Of a DNA stretch of 64,000 bases, positions 18,589 through 32,100 are shown piece after piece. Source of the stretch: Eledone cirrhosa. Its lineage: Eukaryota. The DNA is taken from assembly GCA_964016885.1 (NCBI GenBank), contig OZ024744.1, positions 128,836,001 to 128,900,000 on the forward strand, in the 5' to 3' direction. The position numbers and the translations under genes are program-made. Numbering within the stretch: the first letter of the stretch is position 1; each line of letters opens with the position of its first letter. Below the pieces are notes generated by a model. That model was given only the letters and a program-made list of their open reading frames with translations. It was not told the origin of the DNA and did no database searches.

Positions 18589-21500
18589 GTTGAGTTTAAG
18601 TTAAGTTGGGATTAATTTAAGTTGGGGTTAAGTTAAGATGGGGTTAAGTTATGTTGAGGTTAAGTTAAGTTGGGGTTAAATTAAGTTGGGGTTAAGTTAA
18701 GTTGGGGTTAAGTTAAGTTGGGGTTAGGTTAAGTTGGGTTTAAGTTAAGTTGGGGATAAGTTAAGTTGGGGTTAAGTTAAGTTGGGTTTAAGTTAAGTTG
18801 GGGTTAAGTTAAGTTGGGGTTAAGTTAAGTTGGGGTTAAGTTAAGTTGGGGTTGAGTGAAGTTGGGGTTAAGTTAAGTTGGGGTTAAATTAAGTTGGGGT
18901 TAAGTTAAGTTGGGGTTGAGTGAAGTTGGGGTTAAGTTAAGTTGGGGTTAAATTAAGTTGGGGTTAAGTTTAGTTGGGGTTGAGTTAAGTTGGGGTTAAT
19001 TTAAGTTGGGGCTAAGTTAATTTGTGGTTAAGTTAAGTTGGGGTTAAGTTAAGTTGGGGTTAAGTTAAGTTGGGGTTGAGTTAAGTTGGGGTTAAGTTAA
19101 GTTGGGTTTAAGTTAAGTTGGGGTTAAATTAAGTTGGGGTTAAATTAAGTTGGGGTTAAGTTAAGTTGGGGGTAAGTTAAGTTGGGGGCAAGTTAAGTTG
19201 GGGTTAAGTTAACTTGGGGTTAAGTTAAGTTGGGGTTAATTTAAGTTGGGGTTATGTTAAGTTGGGGTTAAGTTAAGTTGGGGTTAAGTTAAGTTGGGGC
19301 TAAGTTAAGTTGGAGCTAAGTTAAGTTGGGGCTAAGTTAAGTTGGGGTTAAGTTAAGTTGGGGTTAAGTTAAGGTGGGGTTAAGTTAAGTTGGGGTCAAC
19401 TTAAGTTGGGGTTAAGTTAAGTTGGGGTTAACTTAAGTTGGGGTTAAGTTAAGTTGGGGTTAAGTTAAGTTGGGGTTAAGTTAAGTTGGGGTTACGTTAA
19501 GTTGGGGGTAAGTCAAGTTGGTGTTAAGTTAAGTTGGCGGTAAGTTAAGATGGGGTTAAGTTAAGTTGGGGTTAATTTAATTTGGGGTTAAGTTAAGTTA
19601 GGGTTAAGTTAAGTTGGGGTTGAGTTAAGTTGGGGTTAAGTTAAGTTGGGGTTATGTTAAGTTGGGGTTAAGTTAAGTTGGGGTTAAGTTAAGTTGGGGT
19701 TATGTTAAGTTGGGGTTAAGTTAAGTTGGGGTTAAGTTAAGTTGGGGTTCAATTAAGTTGGGGTTAAGTTAAGTTGGGGTTATGTTAAGTTGGTGTTAAG
19801 TTAAGTTGGGGTTAAGTTAAGTTGGGGTTAAGTTAGGTTGGTGTTAATTTAAGTTGGGGGTAGGTTAAGTTGGGGTAAGTTAAGTTGGTGTTAAGTTAAG
19901 TTGGGGTTAAGTTAAGTTGGGGTTAAGTTAAGTTGGGTTTAAGTTAAGTTGGGGCTAAGTTAAGTTAGGGCTAAGTTAAGTTGGGGTTAAGTAAAGTTAG
20001 GGCTAAGTTAAGTTGGGGTTAAGTTAAGTTGGGGTTAATTTAAGTTGGGGTTACATTAAGTTGATGTTAAGTTAAGTTGGGGTTAAGTTAAGTTGGGGTT
20101 AAGTTAAGTTGGGGTTAAATTAAGTTGGGGTTAAATTAAGTTGGGGTTAAGTTAAGTTGGGGTTAAGTTAGGTTGGTGTTAAGTTAAGTTGGGGTTAAGT
20201 TAATTTGTGGTTAAGTTAAGTTGGGGTTAAGTTAAGTTGGGGTTAAGTTCAGTCGGGGTTAAGTTAAGTCGGGGTTAAGTTAAGTTGGGGTTAAGTTAAG
20301 TTGCGGTTAAGTTAAGTTGGGGTTAATTTAAGTTGGGGTTAAGTTAATTAGGGTTAAGTTAAGTTGGTGTTAAGTTAAGTTGGGGTTAAGTTAAGTTGGG
20401 GTTAAGTTAAGTTGGGTTTAAGTTAAGTTGGGGCTAAGTTAAGTTAGGGCTAAGTTAAGTTGGGGTTAAGTTAAGTTGGGGTTAATTTAAGTTGGGGTTA
20501 CATTAAGTTGAGGTTAAGTTAAGTTGTGGTTAAGTTAAGTTAGGGTTAATTTAAGTTAGGGTTATGTTAAGTTGGGGTTAAGTTAAGTTGGGGTTAAGTT
20601 AGGTTGGTGTTAAGTTAAGTTGGGGTTAAGTTAAGTTGGGGTTATGTTAAGTTGGGGTTAAGTTAAGTTGGGGTTAAGTTAAGTTAGGGTTGAGTTAAGT
20701 TGGGGTTGAGTTAAGTTGGGGTTGAGTGAAGTTGGGGTTAAGTTAAGTTGGGGTTAAATTAAGTTGGGGTTAAGTTAAGTTGGGGTTGAGTTAAGTTGGG
20801 GTTAATTTAAGTTGGGTTTAAGTTAAGTTGGGTTTAAGTTAAGTTGGGGTTGAATTAAGTTGGGGTTAAATTAAGTTGGGGTTAAGTTAAGTTGGGGGTA
20901 AGTTAAGTTGGGGGCAAGTTAAGTTGGGGTTAAGTTAAGTTGGGGTTAAGTTAAGTTGGGGTTAATTTAAGTTGGGGTTATGTTAAGTTGGGGTTAAGTT
21001 AAGTTGGGGTTAAGTTAAGTTGGGGTTAAGTTAAGTTGGTGTTAAGTTAAGTTGGGGGTAAGTTACGTTAGGGCTAAGTTACGTTGGGGTTAACTTAACC
21101 CCAACTTAACTTAACCCCAACTTAACTTAGACCCAACTTAACTGAGCCCCAACTTAACTTAACCCCAACGTAACTTAGCCCTAACGTAACTTACCCCCAA
21201 CTTAACTTAACACCAACTTAACTTAACCCCAACTTAACTTAACCCCAACTTAACTTACCCCCAACTTAACTTACCCCCACCTTAACTTACCCCCAACTTA
21301 ACTTAACCCCAACTTAACTTAACTTAACCCCAACTTAAGTTAAGTTTGGGTTAAGGTTGGGGTTAAATTAAGTTGGGGTTAAGTTAAGTTGGGGTTAAGT
21401 TAAGTTGGGGTTAAGTTAAGTTGGGGGTAAGTTAAGTTGGGGTTAAGTTAAGTTGGGGTTAAGTTAAGTTGGGGTTAAGTTAAGTTCGGGTTAAGTTAAG

Positions 21501-24500
21501 TTGGTGTTAAGTTAAGTTGGGGCTGAGTTAAGTTGGGGCTAAGTTAAGTTGGGTCTAAGTTAAGTTGGGGTTAAGTTAAGTTGGGGTTAAGTTAAGTTGG
21601 TGTTAAATTAAGTTGGGGTTAAATTAAGTTGGTGTTAAGTTAAGTTGGGGTTAAGTTAAGTTGGGGTTAATTAAGTTGGGGTTAAGTTAAGTTGGGGTTA
21701 AGTTAATTGGGGTTAAATTAAGTTAGGGTTGAGTTAAGTTGGGGTTAAGTTAAGTTGGGGTTATATTAAGTTGGGGTTAAGTTAAGTTGGGGTTAAGTAA
21801 AGTTGGGGTTCAGTTAATTTGGGGTTAAGTGAAGTTAGGGTTAAGTTAAGTTGGGGTTGAGTTAAGTTGGGGGTAAGTTAAGTTGGGGTTATGTTAAGTT
21901 GGGGTTACGTTAAGTTGGGTTTAAGTTAAGTTGGGGTTAAGTTAAGTTGGGGTTAAGTTAAGTTGGGGTTAATTTAAGTTGGGGTTAAGTTAATTTGGGC
22001 TTAATTTAAGTTGGGGTTAAGTTAAGTTGGGGTTAAGTTAAGTTGGGGTTAAATTAAGTTGGGCTTAAGTTAAGTTGGGGTTAAGTTAAGTTGGGGTTAA
22101 GTTAATTTGGGGTTAAGTTAAGTTAGGGTAAAGTTAAGTTGGGGTTGAGTTAAGTTGGGGTAAGTTAAGTTGGGGTTAAGTTAAGTTGGGGTTAAGTTAA
22201 GTTGGGGTTAAGTTAAGTTAGGCTTAACTTAAGTTGGGGTTAAGTTAAGTTGGGGGTGAGTTAAGTTGGGGGTAAGTTAAGTTGGGGTTAAGTTAAGTTG
22301 GGGTTAAGTTGGGGTTAAGTTAAGTTAGGGTTAAGTTAATTTGGGGTTGAGTTAAGTTGGGGTTAAGTTAAGTGGTGGTTATGTTAAGTTGGGGTTAAGT
22401 TAAGTTGGGGTTAATTTAAATTGGGGTTAATTTAAATTTGTTGTTAAGTTAAGTTGGGGTTAATTTAAGTTGGGGTTAAGTTAAGTTGGGGTTGAGTTAA
22501 GTTGTGGTTGAGTGAAGTTGGGGTTAAGTTAAGTTGGGGTTAAATTAAGTTGGGGTTAAGTTAAGTTGGGGTTGAGTTAAGTTGGGGTTAATTTAAGTTG
22601 GGGCTAAGTTAATTTGGGGTTAAGTTAAGTTGGGGTTAAATTAAGTTGGGGTTAAGTTAAGTTGGGGTTAAGTTAAGTTGGGGTTAAGTTAATTTGGGGT
22701 TAAGTGAAGTTAGGGTTAAGTTAAGTTGGGGCTGAGTTAAGTTGGGGGTAAGTTAAGTTGGGGTTATGTTAAGTTGGGGTTAAGTTAAGTTGGGGTTAAG
22801 TTAAGTTGGGGTTCAGTTAAGTTGCGGTTAAGTTAAGTTGGGGTTAAGTTAAGTTGGGGTTAAGTTAAGTTGGGGTTAATTTAAGTTGTGGTTAAGTTAA
22901 GTTGGGGTTAAGTTAAGTTGGGGTTAAATTCAGTCGGGGTTAAGTTAAGTCGGGGTTAAGTTACGTTGGGGTTAAGTTAAGTTGGGGTTAAGTTAAGTTG
23001 GGGTTGAGTTAAGTTGGGGTTAAGTTAAGTTGGGGTTAAGTTAAGTTGGGGTTAAGTTAAGTTGGGGTTAATTTAAGTTGGGGTTAAGTTAAGTTGGGGT
23101 TAATTTAAGTTGGGGTTAAGTTAAGTTGGGGTTAAGTTAAGTTGGGGTAACGTTAAGTTGGGGGTAAGTTAAGTTGGGGTTAAGTTAAGTTGGGGTTAAG
23201 TTGGGGTTAAGTTAAGTTAGGGTTAACTTAAGTTGGGGTTGTGTTAAGTGGTGGTTATGTTAAGTGGTGGTTATGTTAAGTTGGGGTTAAGTTAAGTTGG
23301 GGTTAAGTTAAGTTGGGGTTAAGTTAAGTTGGGGTTAAGTTAATTAGGGTTAAGTTAAGTTGGGTTTAAGTTAAGTTGGGGTTAAGTTAATTTGTGGTTA
23401 AGTTAAGTTGGGGTTAAGTTAAGTTGGGGATAAGTTAAGTTGGGGATAAGTTAAGTTGGGGTTAATTAAGTTGGGTTTAAGTTAAGTTGGGGTTAAGTTA
23501 AGTCGGGGTTAAGTTAAGTTGGGGTTAAGTTAAGTTGGTTAGTTAAGTTGAGTTTAAGTTAAGTTGGGGTTAATTTAAGTTGGGGTTAAGTTAAGTTGGG
23601 GTTAAGTTAAGTTGGGGTTAAGTTGGGGTAAAATTAAGTTGGGGTTAAGTTAAGTTGGGGTTAAGTTAAGTTGCGGTTAAGTTAAGTTGCCGTTAAGTTA
23701 AGTTGAGGTTAAGTTAAGTTGGGGTTAAGTTAAGTTGGGGTTAAGTTAAGTTGGGGCTAAGTTAAGTTGGGGCTAAGTTAAGTTGGGGTTAAGTTAACTT
23801 TGGGTTAAGTTAAGTTGGGTTTGAGTTAAGTTGGGGTTAATTAAGTTGGGGTTAAGTTAAGTTGGGGTTAAGTTGGGGTTAAGTTAAGTTGCGGTTAAGT
23901 TAAGTTGATGTTAAGTTAAGTTGGGGTTAAGTTAAGTTGGGGTTAAGTTAAGTTGGGGCTAAGTTAAGTTGGAGCTGAGTTAAGTTGGGGCTAAGTTAAG
24001 TTGGGGTTAAGTTAAGTTGGGGTTAAGTTAAGGTGGGGTTAAGTTAAGTTGGGGTCAACTTAAGTTGGGGTTAAGTTAAGTTGGGGTTAACTTAAGTTGG
24101 GGTTAAGTTAAGTTGGGGTTAAGTTAAGTTGGGGTTAAGTTAAGTTGGGGTTACGTTAAGTTGGGGGTAAGTCAAGTTGGTGTTAAGTTAAGTTGGCGGT
24201 AAGTTAAGATGGGGTTAAGTTAAGTTGGGGTTAATTTAATTTGGGGTTAAGTTAAGTTAGGGTTAAGTTAAGTTGGGGTTGAGTTAAGTTGGGGTTAAGT
24301 TAAGTTGGGGTTATGTTAAGTTGGGGTTAAGTTAAGTTGGGGTTAAGTTAAGTTGGGGTTCAATTAAGTTGCGGATAATTTAAGTTGGGGTTAAGTTAAG
24401 TTGGGGTTAAGTTAAGTTGCGGTTAAGTTAAGTTGCCGTTAAGTTAAGTTGAGGTTAAGTTAAGTTGGGGTTAAGTTAAGTTGGGGTTAAGTTAAGTTGG

Positions 24501-26725
24501 GGCTAAGTTAAGTTGGGGCTAAGTTAAGTTGGGGTTAAGTTAACTTTGGGTTAAGTTAAGTTGGGTTTGAGTTAAGTTGGGGTTAATTAAGTTGGGGTTA
24601 AGTTAAGTTGGGGTTAAGTTGGGGTTAAGTTAAGTTGCGGTTAAGTTAAGTTGATGTTAAGTTAAGTTGGGGTTAAGTTAAGTTGGGGTTAAGTTAAGTT
24701 GGGGCTAAGTTAAGTTGGAGCTGAGTTAAGTTGGGGCTAAGTTAAGTTGGGGTTAAGTTAAGTTGGGGTTAAGTTAAGGTGGGGTTAAGTTAAGTTGGGG
24801 TCAACTTAAGTTGGGGTTAAGTTAAGTTGGGGTTAACTTAAGTTGGGGTTAAGTTAAGTTGGGGTTAAGTTAAGTTGGGGTTAAGTTAAGTTGGGGTTAC
24901 GTTAAGTTGGGGGTAAGTCAAGTTGGTGTTAAGTTAAGTTGGCGGTAAGTTAAGATGGGGTTAAGTTAAGTTGGGGTTAATTTAATTTGGGGTTAAGTTA
25001 AGTTAGGGTTAAGTTAAGTTGGGGTTGAGTTAAGTTGGGGTTAAGTTAAGTTGGGGTTATGTTAAGTTGGGGTTAAGTTAAGTTGGGGTTAAGTTAAGTT
25101 GGGGTTCAATTAAGTTGCGGATAATTTAAGTTGGGGTTAAGTTAAGTTGGGGTTAAGTTAAGTTGGGGTTAATTTAAGTTGGGGTTAAATTAAGTTGGGG
25201 TTAAATTAAGTTGGGGTTAAGTTAAGTTGGGGTTATGTTAAGTTGGTGTTAAGTTAAGTTGGGGTTAAGTTAAGTTGGGGTTAAGTTAGGTTGGTGTTAA
25301 TTTAAGTTGGGGGTAAGTTAAGTTGGGGTAAGTTAAGTTGGTGTTAAGTTAAGTTGGGGTTAAGTTAAGTTGGGGTTAAGTTAAGTTGGGGTTCAATTAA
25401 GTTGCGGGTAATTTAAGTTGGGGTTAAGTTAAGTTGGGGGTACGTTAAGTTGGGGGTAAGTTAAGTTGGGGTTAAGTTAAGTTGGGGTTAAGTTAAGTCG
25501 GGGTTAATTTAAGTTGCGGTTAAGTTAAGTTGGGGTTAAGTTAAGTTGGGGTTAAGTTAAGTTGGGATTAAGTTAAGTTGGGGTTAAGTTAAGTTGGGGT
25601 TGAGTTAAGTTGGGGTTAAGTTAGATTATTGTTAATTTATTTTGGGGTTAAGTTAAGTTGGGGTTAAGTTAAGTTGGGGTTAATTTAAGTTGGGGTTAAG
25701 TTAAGTGGGGGTTAAGTTGAGTTGGGGTTAAGTTAAGTTGGGGTTAAGTTAAGTTGGGGTTAAGATAAGTTGGGGTTAAGTTAAGTTGGGGTTGAGTTAA
25801 GTTCGGGTTGAGTTAATTTGGGGTTAACTTAAGTTGGGGTTAACTTAAGTTGGGGTTAAGTTAAGTTGGGTTTATGTTAAGTTGGGGATAAGTTAAGTTG
25901 GGGTTAAGTTAAGTTGGGGTTCAATTAAGTTGCGGTTAATTTAAGTTGGGGTTAAGTTAAGTTGGGGTTAAGTTAAGTTGGGGTTAAGTTAAGTTGGGGT
26001 TAAATTAAGTAAGGGCTAAGTTAAGTTGAGGTTATGTTAAGTTGGTGTTAAGTTAAGTTGGGGTTAAGTTAAGTTGGGGTTAAGTTAAGTTGGGGTTTAA
26101 GTTAAGTTGGGGTTAAGTTAAGTTGGGGTTAATTTAATTTGGGGTTAAGTTAAGTTAGGGTTAAGTTAAGTTGGGGTTGAGTTAAGTTGGGGTTAAGTTA
26201 AGTTGGGGTTATGTTAAGTTGGGGATAAGTTAAGTTGGGGTTAAGTTAAGTTGGGGTTCAATTAAGTTGCGGTTAATTTAAGTTGGGGTTAAGTTAAGTT
26301 CGGGTTAAGTTAAGTTGGGGTTAAGTTAAGTTGGGGTTAAATTAAGTTAGGGCTAAGTTAAGTTGAGGTTATGTTAAGTTGGTGTTAAGTTAAGTTGGGG
26401 TTAAGTTAAGTTGGGGTTAAGTTAAGTTGGGGTTAAGTTAAGTTGGGTTTAAGTTAAGTTGGGGCTAAGTTAAGTTGGGGTTAAGTTAAGTTGGGGTTAA
26501 GTTAAGTTGGGGTTAAGTTAGGTTGGTGTTAAGTTAAGTTGGGGGTAAGTTAAGTTGGGGGTAAGTTAAGTTGGTGTTAAGTTAAGTTGGGGTTAAGTTA
26601 AGTTGGGGCTAAGTTAAGTTGGGTTTAAGTTAAGTTGGGTCTAAGTTAAGTTGGGGTTAAGTTAAGTTGGGGTTAACTTAAGTTGGGGGTAAGTTAAGTT
26701 GGGTTTGAGTTAAGTTGGGGTTAAG
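18589..26725 (+). repeat. 16-bp satellite block 3 (~8.1 kb), containing the second copy of the inversion
   Basis: Same monomer; variant order matches block 2 at an offset of about 10.2 kb. Confidence 0.98.
21093..21336 (-). repeat. Inverted segment of the 16-bp satellite, copy 2
   Basis: Appears identical by eye to 10897-11140, at offset 10196. Confidence 0.96.
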
Positions 26726-29124
26726 TTAGGTTTTTCGAAAACCTTATATAATCAATTTTTTTTAGGTTTTTCGAAAAATGTTATATAATCAATTTTTTTT
26801 AGGTTTTTCGAAAAACCTTATATAATCAATTTTTTTTTAGGTTTTTCGAAACACCTTATATAATCAATTTTTTTTAGGTTTTTCGAAAAACCTTATATAA
26901 TCAATTTTTTTTAGGTTTTTCGAAAAACCTTATATAATCAATTTCTTTAGGTTTTTCGTAAAACCTTATATAATCAATTTTTTTAGGTTTTTCGAAAAAC
27001 CTTATATAATCAATTTTTTTTAGGTTTTTCGAAATACCTTATATAATTAATTTTTTTTAGGTTTTTCGAAAAATCTTATATAATTAATTTATATCTGATT
27101 TCAAATATTGATTTTTTTAGGTTTTTCGAAAACCTTATATAATCAATTTTTTTTAGGTTTTTCGAAAAAGAATGAATTCATATTCGAAATATATACTTCT
27201 GCATTAATCTTTTTACGTTTTTCTGATTTTTTGCATGTTTTGAAATTTAAAAAAAACGTAAAAAATTAATGCTTTTACAAATATTTTGAAATATTTACTT
27301 TCTGGTTTCAAATTTTGCAAATTAAATTTTTTTCTAAAAAAATCAGTTTTCGAAATCAGAAGTTAATATTTCGAAAAACGCAATTTAAAAAACTCATATT
27401 AATTTTTTTTCGAATGAAGTTTTTTTATGCTTTTAGAAATATTTATATCTGATTTAAAATATTGATTTTTTTAGGTTTACCTTATATAATCAAACAAATT
27501 TTTTTAGGTTTTTCGAAATATCTTATATAATCAATTTTTTTTAGGTTTTTCGAAAAAGAATGAATTTGAGTTCATAGTCGAAATATATACTTCTGCATTA
27601 ATCTTTGATTTTTTGCATGTTTTGAAATCTAAAAAAAACGTAAAAAATTAATGCTTTTACAAATATTTTGAAATATTTACTTTCTGGTTTCTAAGTTTGC
27701 AAATTAAATTTTTTTCGAAAAACCTAAAAAAAATCAGTTTTTGAAATCAGAAGTTAATATTTCGAAAAACGCAATTTGAAAAACTCATATTAATTTTTTT
27801 TCGAATGAAGTTTTTTATACTTTTAGAAATATTTATATCTGATTTCAAATATTGATTTTTTTAGGTTTTTCGAAAAAGAATGAATTTGAGTTCATAGTCG
27901 AAATATATATTTCTGCATTAATCTTTTTACGTTTTTCTGATTTTTTGCATGTTTTGAAATTTAAAAAAAACGTAAAAAATCAATATTTCGAAAAACGCAA
28001 TTTGAAAAACTCATATTCATTTTTTTTCGAATGAATTCTTTCATACTTTTAGAAATATTTATATCTGATTTTAAATATTGATTTTTTTAGGTTTACCTTA
28101 TATAATCAAATTTTTTTAGGTTTTTCGAAAAAGAATGAATTTGAGTTCATAGTCGAAATATATACTTCTGCATTAATCTTTTTACGTTTTTCTGATTTTT
28201 TGCATGTTTTGAAATTTAAAAAAAAACGTAAAAAATTAATGCTTTTACAAATATTTTGAAATATTTACTTTCTGGTTTCGAATTTTGCAAATTAAATATT
28301 TTTCGAAAAAAACCTAAAAAAATCAGTTTTCGAAATCAGAAGTTAATATTTCGAAAAACGCAATTTGAAAAACTCATATTAATTTTTTTTCGAATGAAGT
28401 TTTTTTATGCTTTTAGAAATATTTATATCTGATTTCCAATATTGATTTTTTTTAGGTTTTTCGAAAAAGAATGAATTTGAGTTCATAGTCGAAATATATA
28501 TTTCTGCATTGATCTTTGATTTTTTGCATGTTTTGAAATTTAAAAAAAAAGTAAAAAATTAATGATTTTACAAATATTTTGAAATATTTACTTTCTGGTT
28601 TCAAAGTTTGCAAATTAAATTTTTTTCGAAAAACCTAAAAAAATCAGTTTTCGAAATCAGAAGTTAATATTTCGAAAAACGCAATTTAAAAAACTCATAT
28701 TAATTTTTTTTCGAATGAATTCTTTTAGAAATATTTATATCTGATTTCAAATATTGATTTTTTTAGGTTTACCTTATATAATCAATTTTTTTTAGGTTTT
28801 TCAAAAACCTTATATAATCAATTTTTTTTAGGTTTTTCGAAAAACCTTACATAATCAATTTTTTTTAGGTTTTTTCGAAAAACCTTATATAATCAATTTT
28901 TTACGTTTTTAGAAAAACCTTATATAATCAATTTTTTTTATACTTTTAGAAATATTTATATCTTATTTCAAATATTGATTTTTTTTAGATTTTTCGAAAT
29001 ACCTTATATAATCAATTTTTTTTAGGTTTTTCGAAAGACCTTATATAATCAATTTTTTTTAGGTTTTTCGAAAAACCTTATATAATCAATTTTTTTAGGT
29101 TTTTCGACAACCTTATATAATCAA
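26726..29124 (+). repeat. AT-rich composite repeat island 3 (~2.40 kb)
   Basis: Same junctions; the 5' part is collinear with island 1 at offset 24977, matching the offset of the duplicated ORF. Confidence 0.95.
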
Positions 29125-32100
29125 GTTGAGTTTAAGTTAAGTTGGGATTAAGTTAAGTTGGGGTTAAGTTAAGATGGGGTTAAGTTATGTTGAGGTTAAG
29201 TTAAGTTGGGGTTAAATTAAGTTGGGGTTAAGTTAAGTTGGGGTTAAGTTAAGTTGGGGTTAGGTTAAGTTGGGTTTAAGTTAAGTTGGGGATAAGTTAA
29301 GTTGGGGTTAAGTTAAGTTGGGTTTAAGTTAAGTTGGGGTTAAGTTAAGTTGGGGTTAAGTTAAGTTGGGGTTAAGTTAAGTTGGGGTTGAGTGAAGTTG
29401 GGGTTAAGTTAAGTTGGGGTTAAATTAAGTTGGGGTTAAGTTAAGTTGGGGTTGAGTGAAGTTGGGGTTAAGTTAAGTTGGGGTTAAATTAAGTTGGGGT
29501 TAAGTTTAGTTGGGGTTGAGTTAAGTTGGGGTTAATTTAAGTTGGAGCTAAGTTAATTTGTGGTTAAGTTAAGTTGGGGTTAAGTTAAGTTGGGGTTAAG
29601 TTAAGTTGGGGTTGAGTTAAGTTGGGGTTAAGTTAAGTTGGGTTTAAGTTAAGTTGGGGTTAAATTAAGTTGGGGTTAAATTAAGTTGGGGTTAAGTTAA
29701 GTTGGGGGTAAGTTAAGTTGGGGGCAAGTTAAGTTGGGGTTAAGTTAACTTGGGGTTAAGTTAAGTTGGGGTTAATTTAAGTTGGGGTTATGTTAAGTTG
29801 GGGTTAAGTTAAGTTGGGGTTAAGTTAAGTTGGGGCTAAGTTAAGTTGGAGCTAAGTTAAGTTGGGGCTAAGTTAAGTTGGGGTTAAGTTAAGTTGGGGT
29901 TAAGTTAAGGTGGGGTTAAGTTAAGTTGGGGTCAACTTAAGTTGGGGTTAAGTTAAGTTGGGGTTAACTTAAGTTGGGGTTAAGTTAAGTTGGGGTTAAG
30001 TTAAGTTGGGGTTAAGTTAAGTTGGGGTTACGTTAAGTTGGGGGTAAGTTAAGTTGGTGGTAAGTTAAGTTGGGGGTAAGTTAAGATGGGGTTAAGTTAG
30101 GGTTAAGTTAAGTTAGGGTTAAGTTAATTTGGGGTTGAGTTAAGTTGGGGTTAAGTTAAGTGGTGGTTATGTTAAGTTGGGGTTAAGTTAAGTTGGGGTT
30201 AATTTAAATTGAGGTTAATTTAAATTTGTTGTTAAGTTAAGTTGGGGTTAATTTAAGTTGGGGTTAAGTTAAGTTGGGGTTGAGTTAAGTTGGGGTTGAG
30301 TGAAGTTGGGGTTAAGTTAAGTTGGGGTTGAGTTAAGTTGGGGTTAATTTAAGTTGGGGCTAAGTTCATTTGGGGTTCAGTTAAGTTGGGGTTAAATTAA
30401 GTTGGGGTTAAGTTAAGTTGGGGTTAAGTTAAGTTGGGGTTAAGTTAATTTGGGGTTAAGTGAAGTTAGGGTTAAGTTAAGTTGGGGTTGAGTTAAGTTG
30501 GGGGTAAGTTAAGTTGGGGTTATGTTAAGTTGGGGTTACGTTAAGTTGGGTTTAAGTTAAGTTGGGGTTAAGTTAAGTTGGGGTTAATTTAAGTTGGGGT
30601 TAAGTTAAGTTGGGATTAATTTAAGTTGGGGTTAAGTTAAGTTGGGGTTAAGTTAAGTTGGGGTTAAATTAAGTTGGGGTTAAGTTAAGTTGGGGTTAAG
30701 TTAAGTTGGGGTTAAGTTAATTTGGGGTTAAGTTAAGTTAGGGTAAAGTTAAGTTGGGGTTGAGTTAAGTTGGGGTAAGTTAAGTTGGGGTTAAGTTAAG
30801 TTGGGGTTAAGTTAAGTTGGGGTTAAGTTAAGTTAGGCTTAACTTAAGTTGGGGTTAAGTTAAGTTGGGGGTGAGTTAAGTTGGGGGTAAGTTAAGTTGG
30901 GGTTAAGTTAAGTTGGGGTTAAGTTGGGGTTAAGTTAAGTTAGGGTTAAGTTAATTTGGGGTTGAGTTAAGTTGGGGTTAAGTTAAGTGGTGGTTATGTT
31001 AAGTTGGGGTTAAGTTAAGTTGGGGTTAATTTAAATTGGGGTTAATTTAAATTTGTTGTTAAGTTAAGTTGGGGTTAATTTAAGTTGGGGTTAAGTTAAG
31101 TTGGGGTTGATTTAAGTTGTGGTTGAGTGAAGTTGGGGTTAAGTTAAGTTGGGGTTAAATTAAGTTGGGGTTAAGTTAAGTTGGGGTTGAGTTAAGTTGG
31201 GGTTAATTTAAGTTGGGGCTAAGTTAATTTGGGGTTAAGTTAAGTTGGGGTTAAATTAAGTTGGGGTTAAGTTAAGTTGGGGTTAAGTTAAGTTGGGGTT
31301 AAGTTAATTTGGGGTTAATTGAAGTTAGGGTTAAGTTAAGTTGGGGCTGAGTTAAATTGGGGGTAAGTTAAGTTGGGGTTATGTTAAGTTGGGGTTAAGT
31401 TAAGTTGGGGTTAAGTTAAGTTGGGGTTCAGTTAAGTTGCGGTTAAGTTAAGTTGGGGTTAAGTTAAGTTGGGGTTAAGTTAAGTTGGGGTTAATTTAAG
31501 TTGGGGTTAAGTTAAGTTGGGGTTAAGTTAAGTTGGGGTTAAATTCAGTCGGGGTTAAGTTAAGTCGGGGTTAAGTTACGTTGGGGTTAAGTTAAGTTGG
31601 GGTTAAGTTAAGTTGGGGTTGAGTTAAGTTGGGGTTAAGTTAAGTTGGGGTTAAGTTAAGTTGGGGTTAAGTTAAGTTGGGGTTAAGTTAAGTTGGGGTT
31701 AATTTAAGTTGGTGTTAAGTTAAGTTGGGGTTAAGTTAAGTTGGGGTAACGTTAAGTTGGGGGTAAGTTAAGTTGGGGTTAAGTTAAGTTGGGGTTAAGT
31801 TGGGGTTAAGTTAAGTTAGGGTTAACTTAAGTTGGGGTTGTGTTAAGTGGTGGTTATGTTAAGTGGTGGTTATGTTAAGTTGGGGTTAAGTTAAGTTGGG
31901 GTTAAGTTAAGTTGGGGTTAAGTTAATTAGGGTTAAGTTAAGTTGGGTTTAAGTTAAGTTGGGGTTAAGTTAATTTGTGGTTAAGTTAAGTTGGGGTTAA
32001 GTGAAGTTGGGGTTAAGTTAAGTTGGGGATAAGTTAAGTTGGGGATAAGTTAAGTTGGGGTTAATTAAGTTGGGTTTAAGTTAAGTTGGGATTAAGTTAA

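Larger units (their letters stand above)
9130..30040 (+). repeat. ~10.2-kb-period tandem segmental duplication (satellite + inversion + island)
   Basis: Markers GTCAA (9316/19512), GGTAGGTT (about 9663/19859) and the inversion all share offset 10196. Island starts are offset by 10179 and post-island flanks by 10536. Boundaries are approximate. Confidence 0.88.

Noticed and set aside
27852-28034. Identical second copy of the 60-aa ORF
   Set aside because: Identity reflects the recent duplication (same 24977 offset as the surrounding non-coding island), not selection on a protein.
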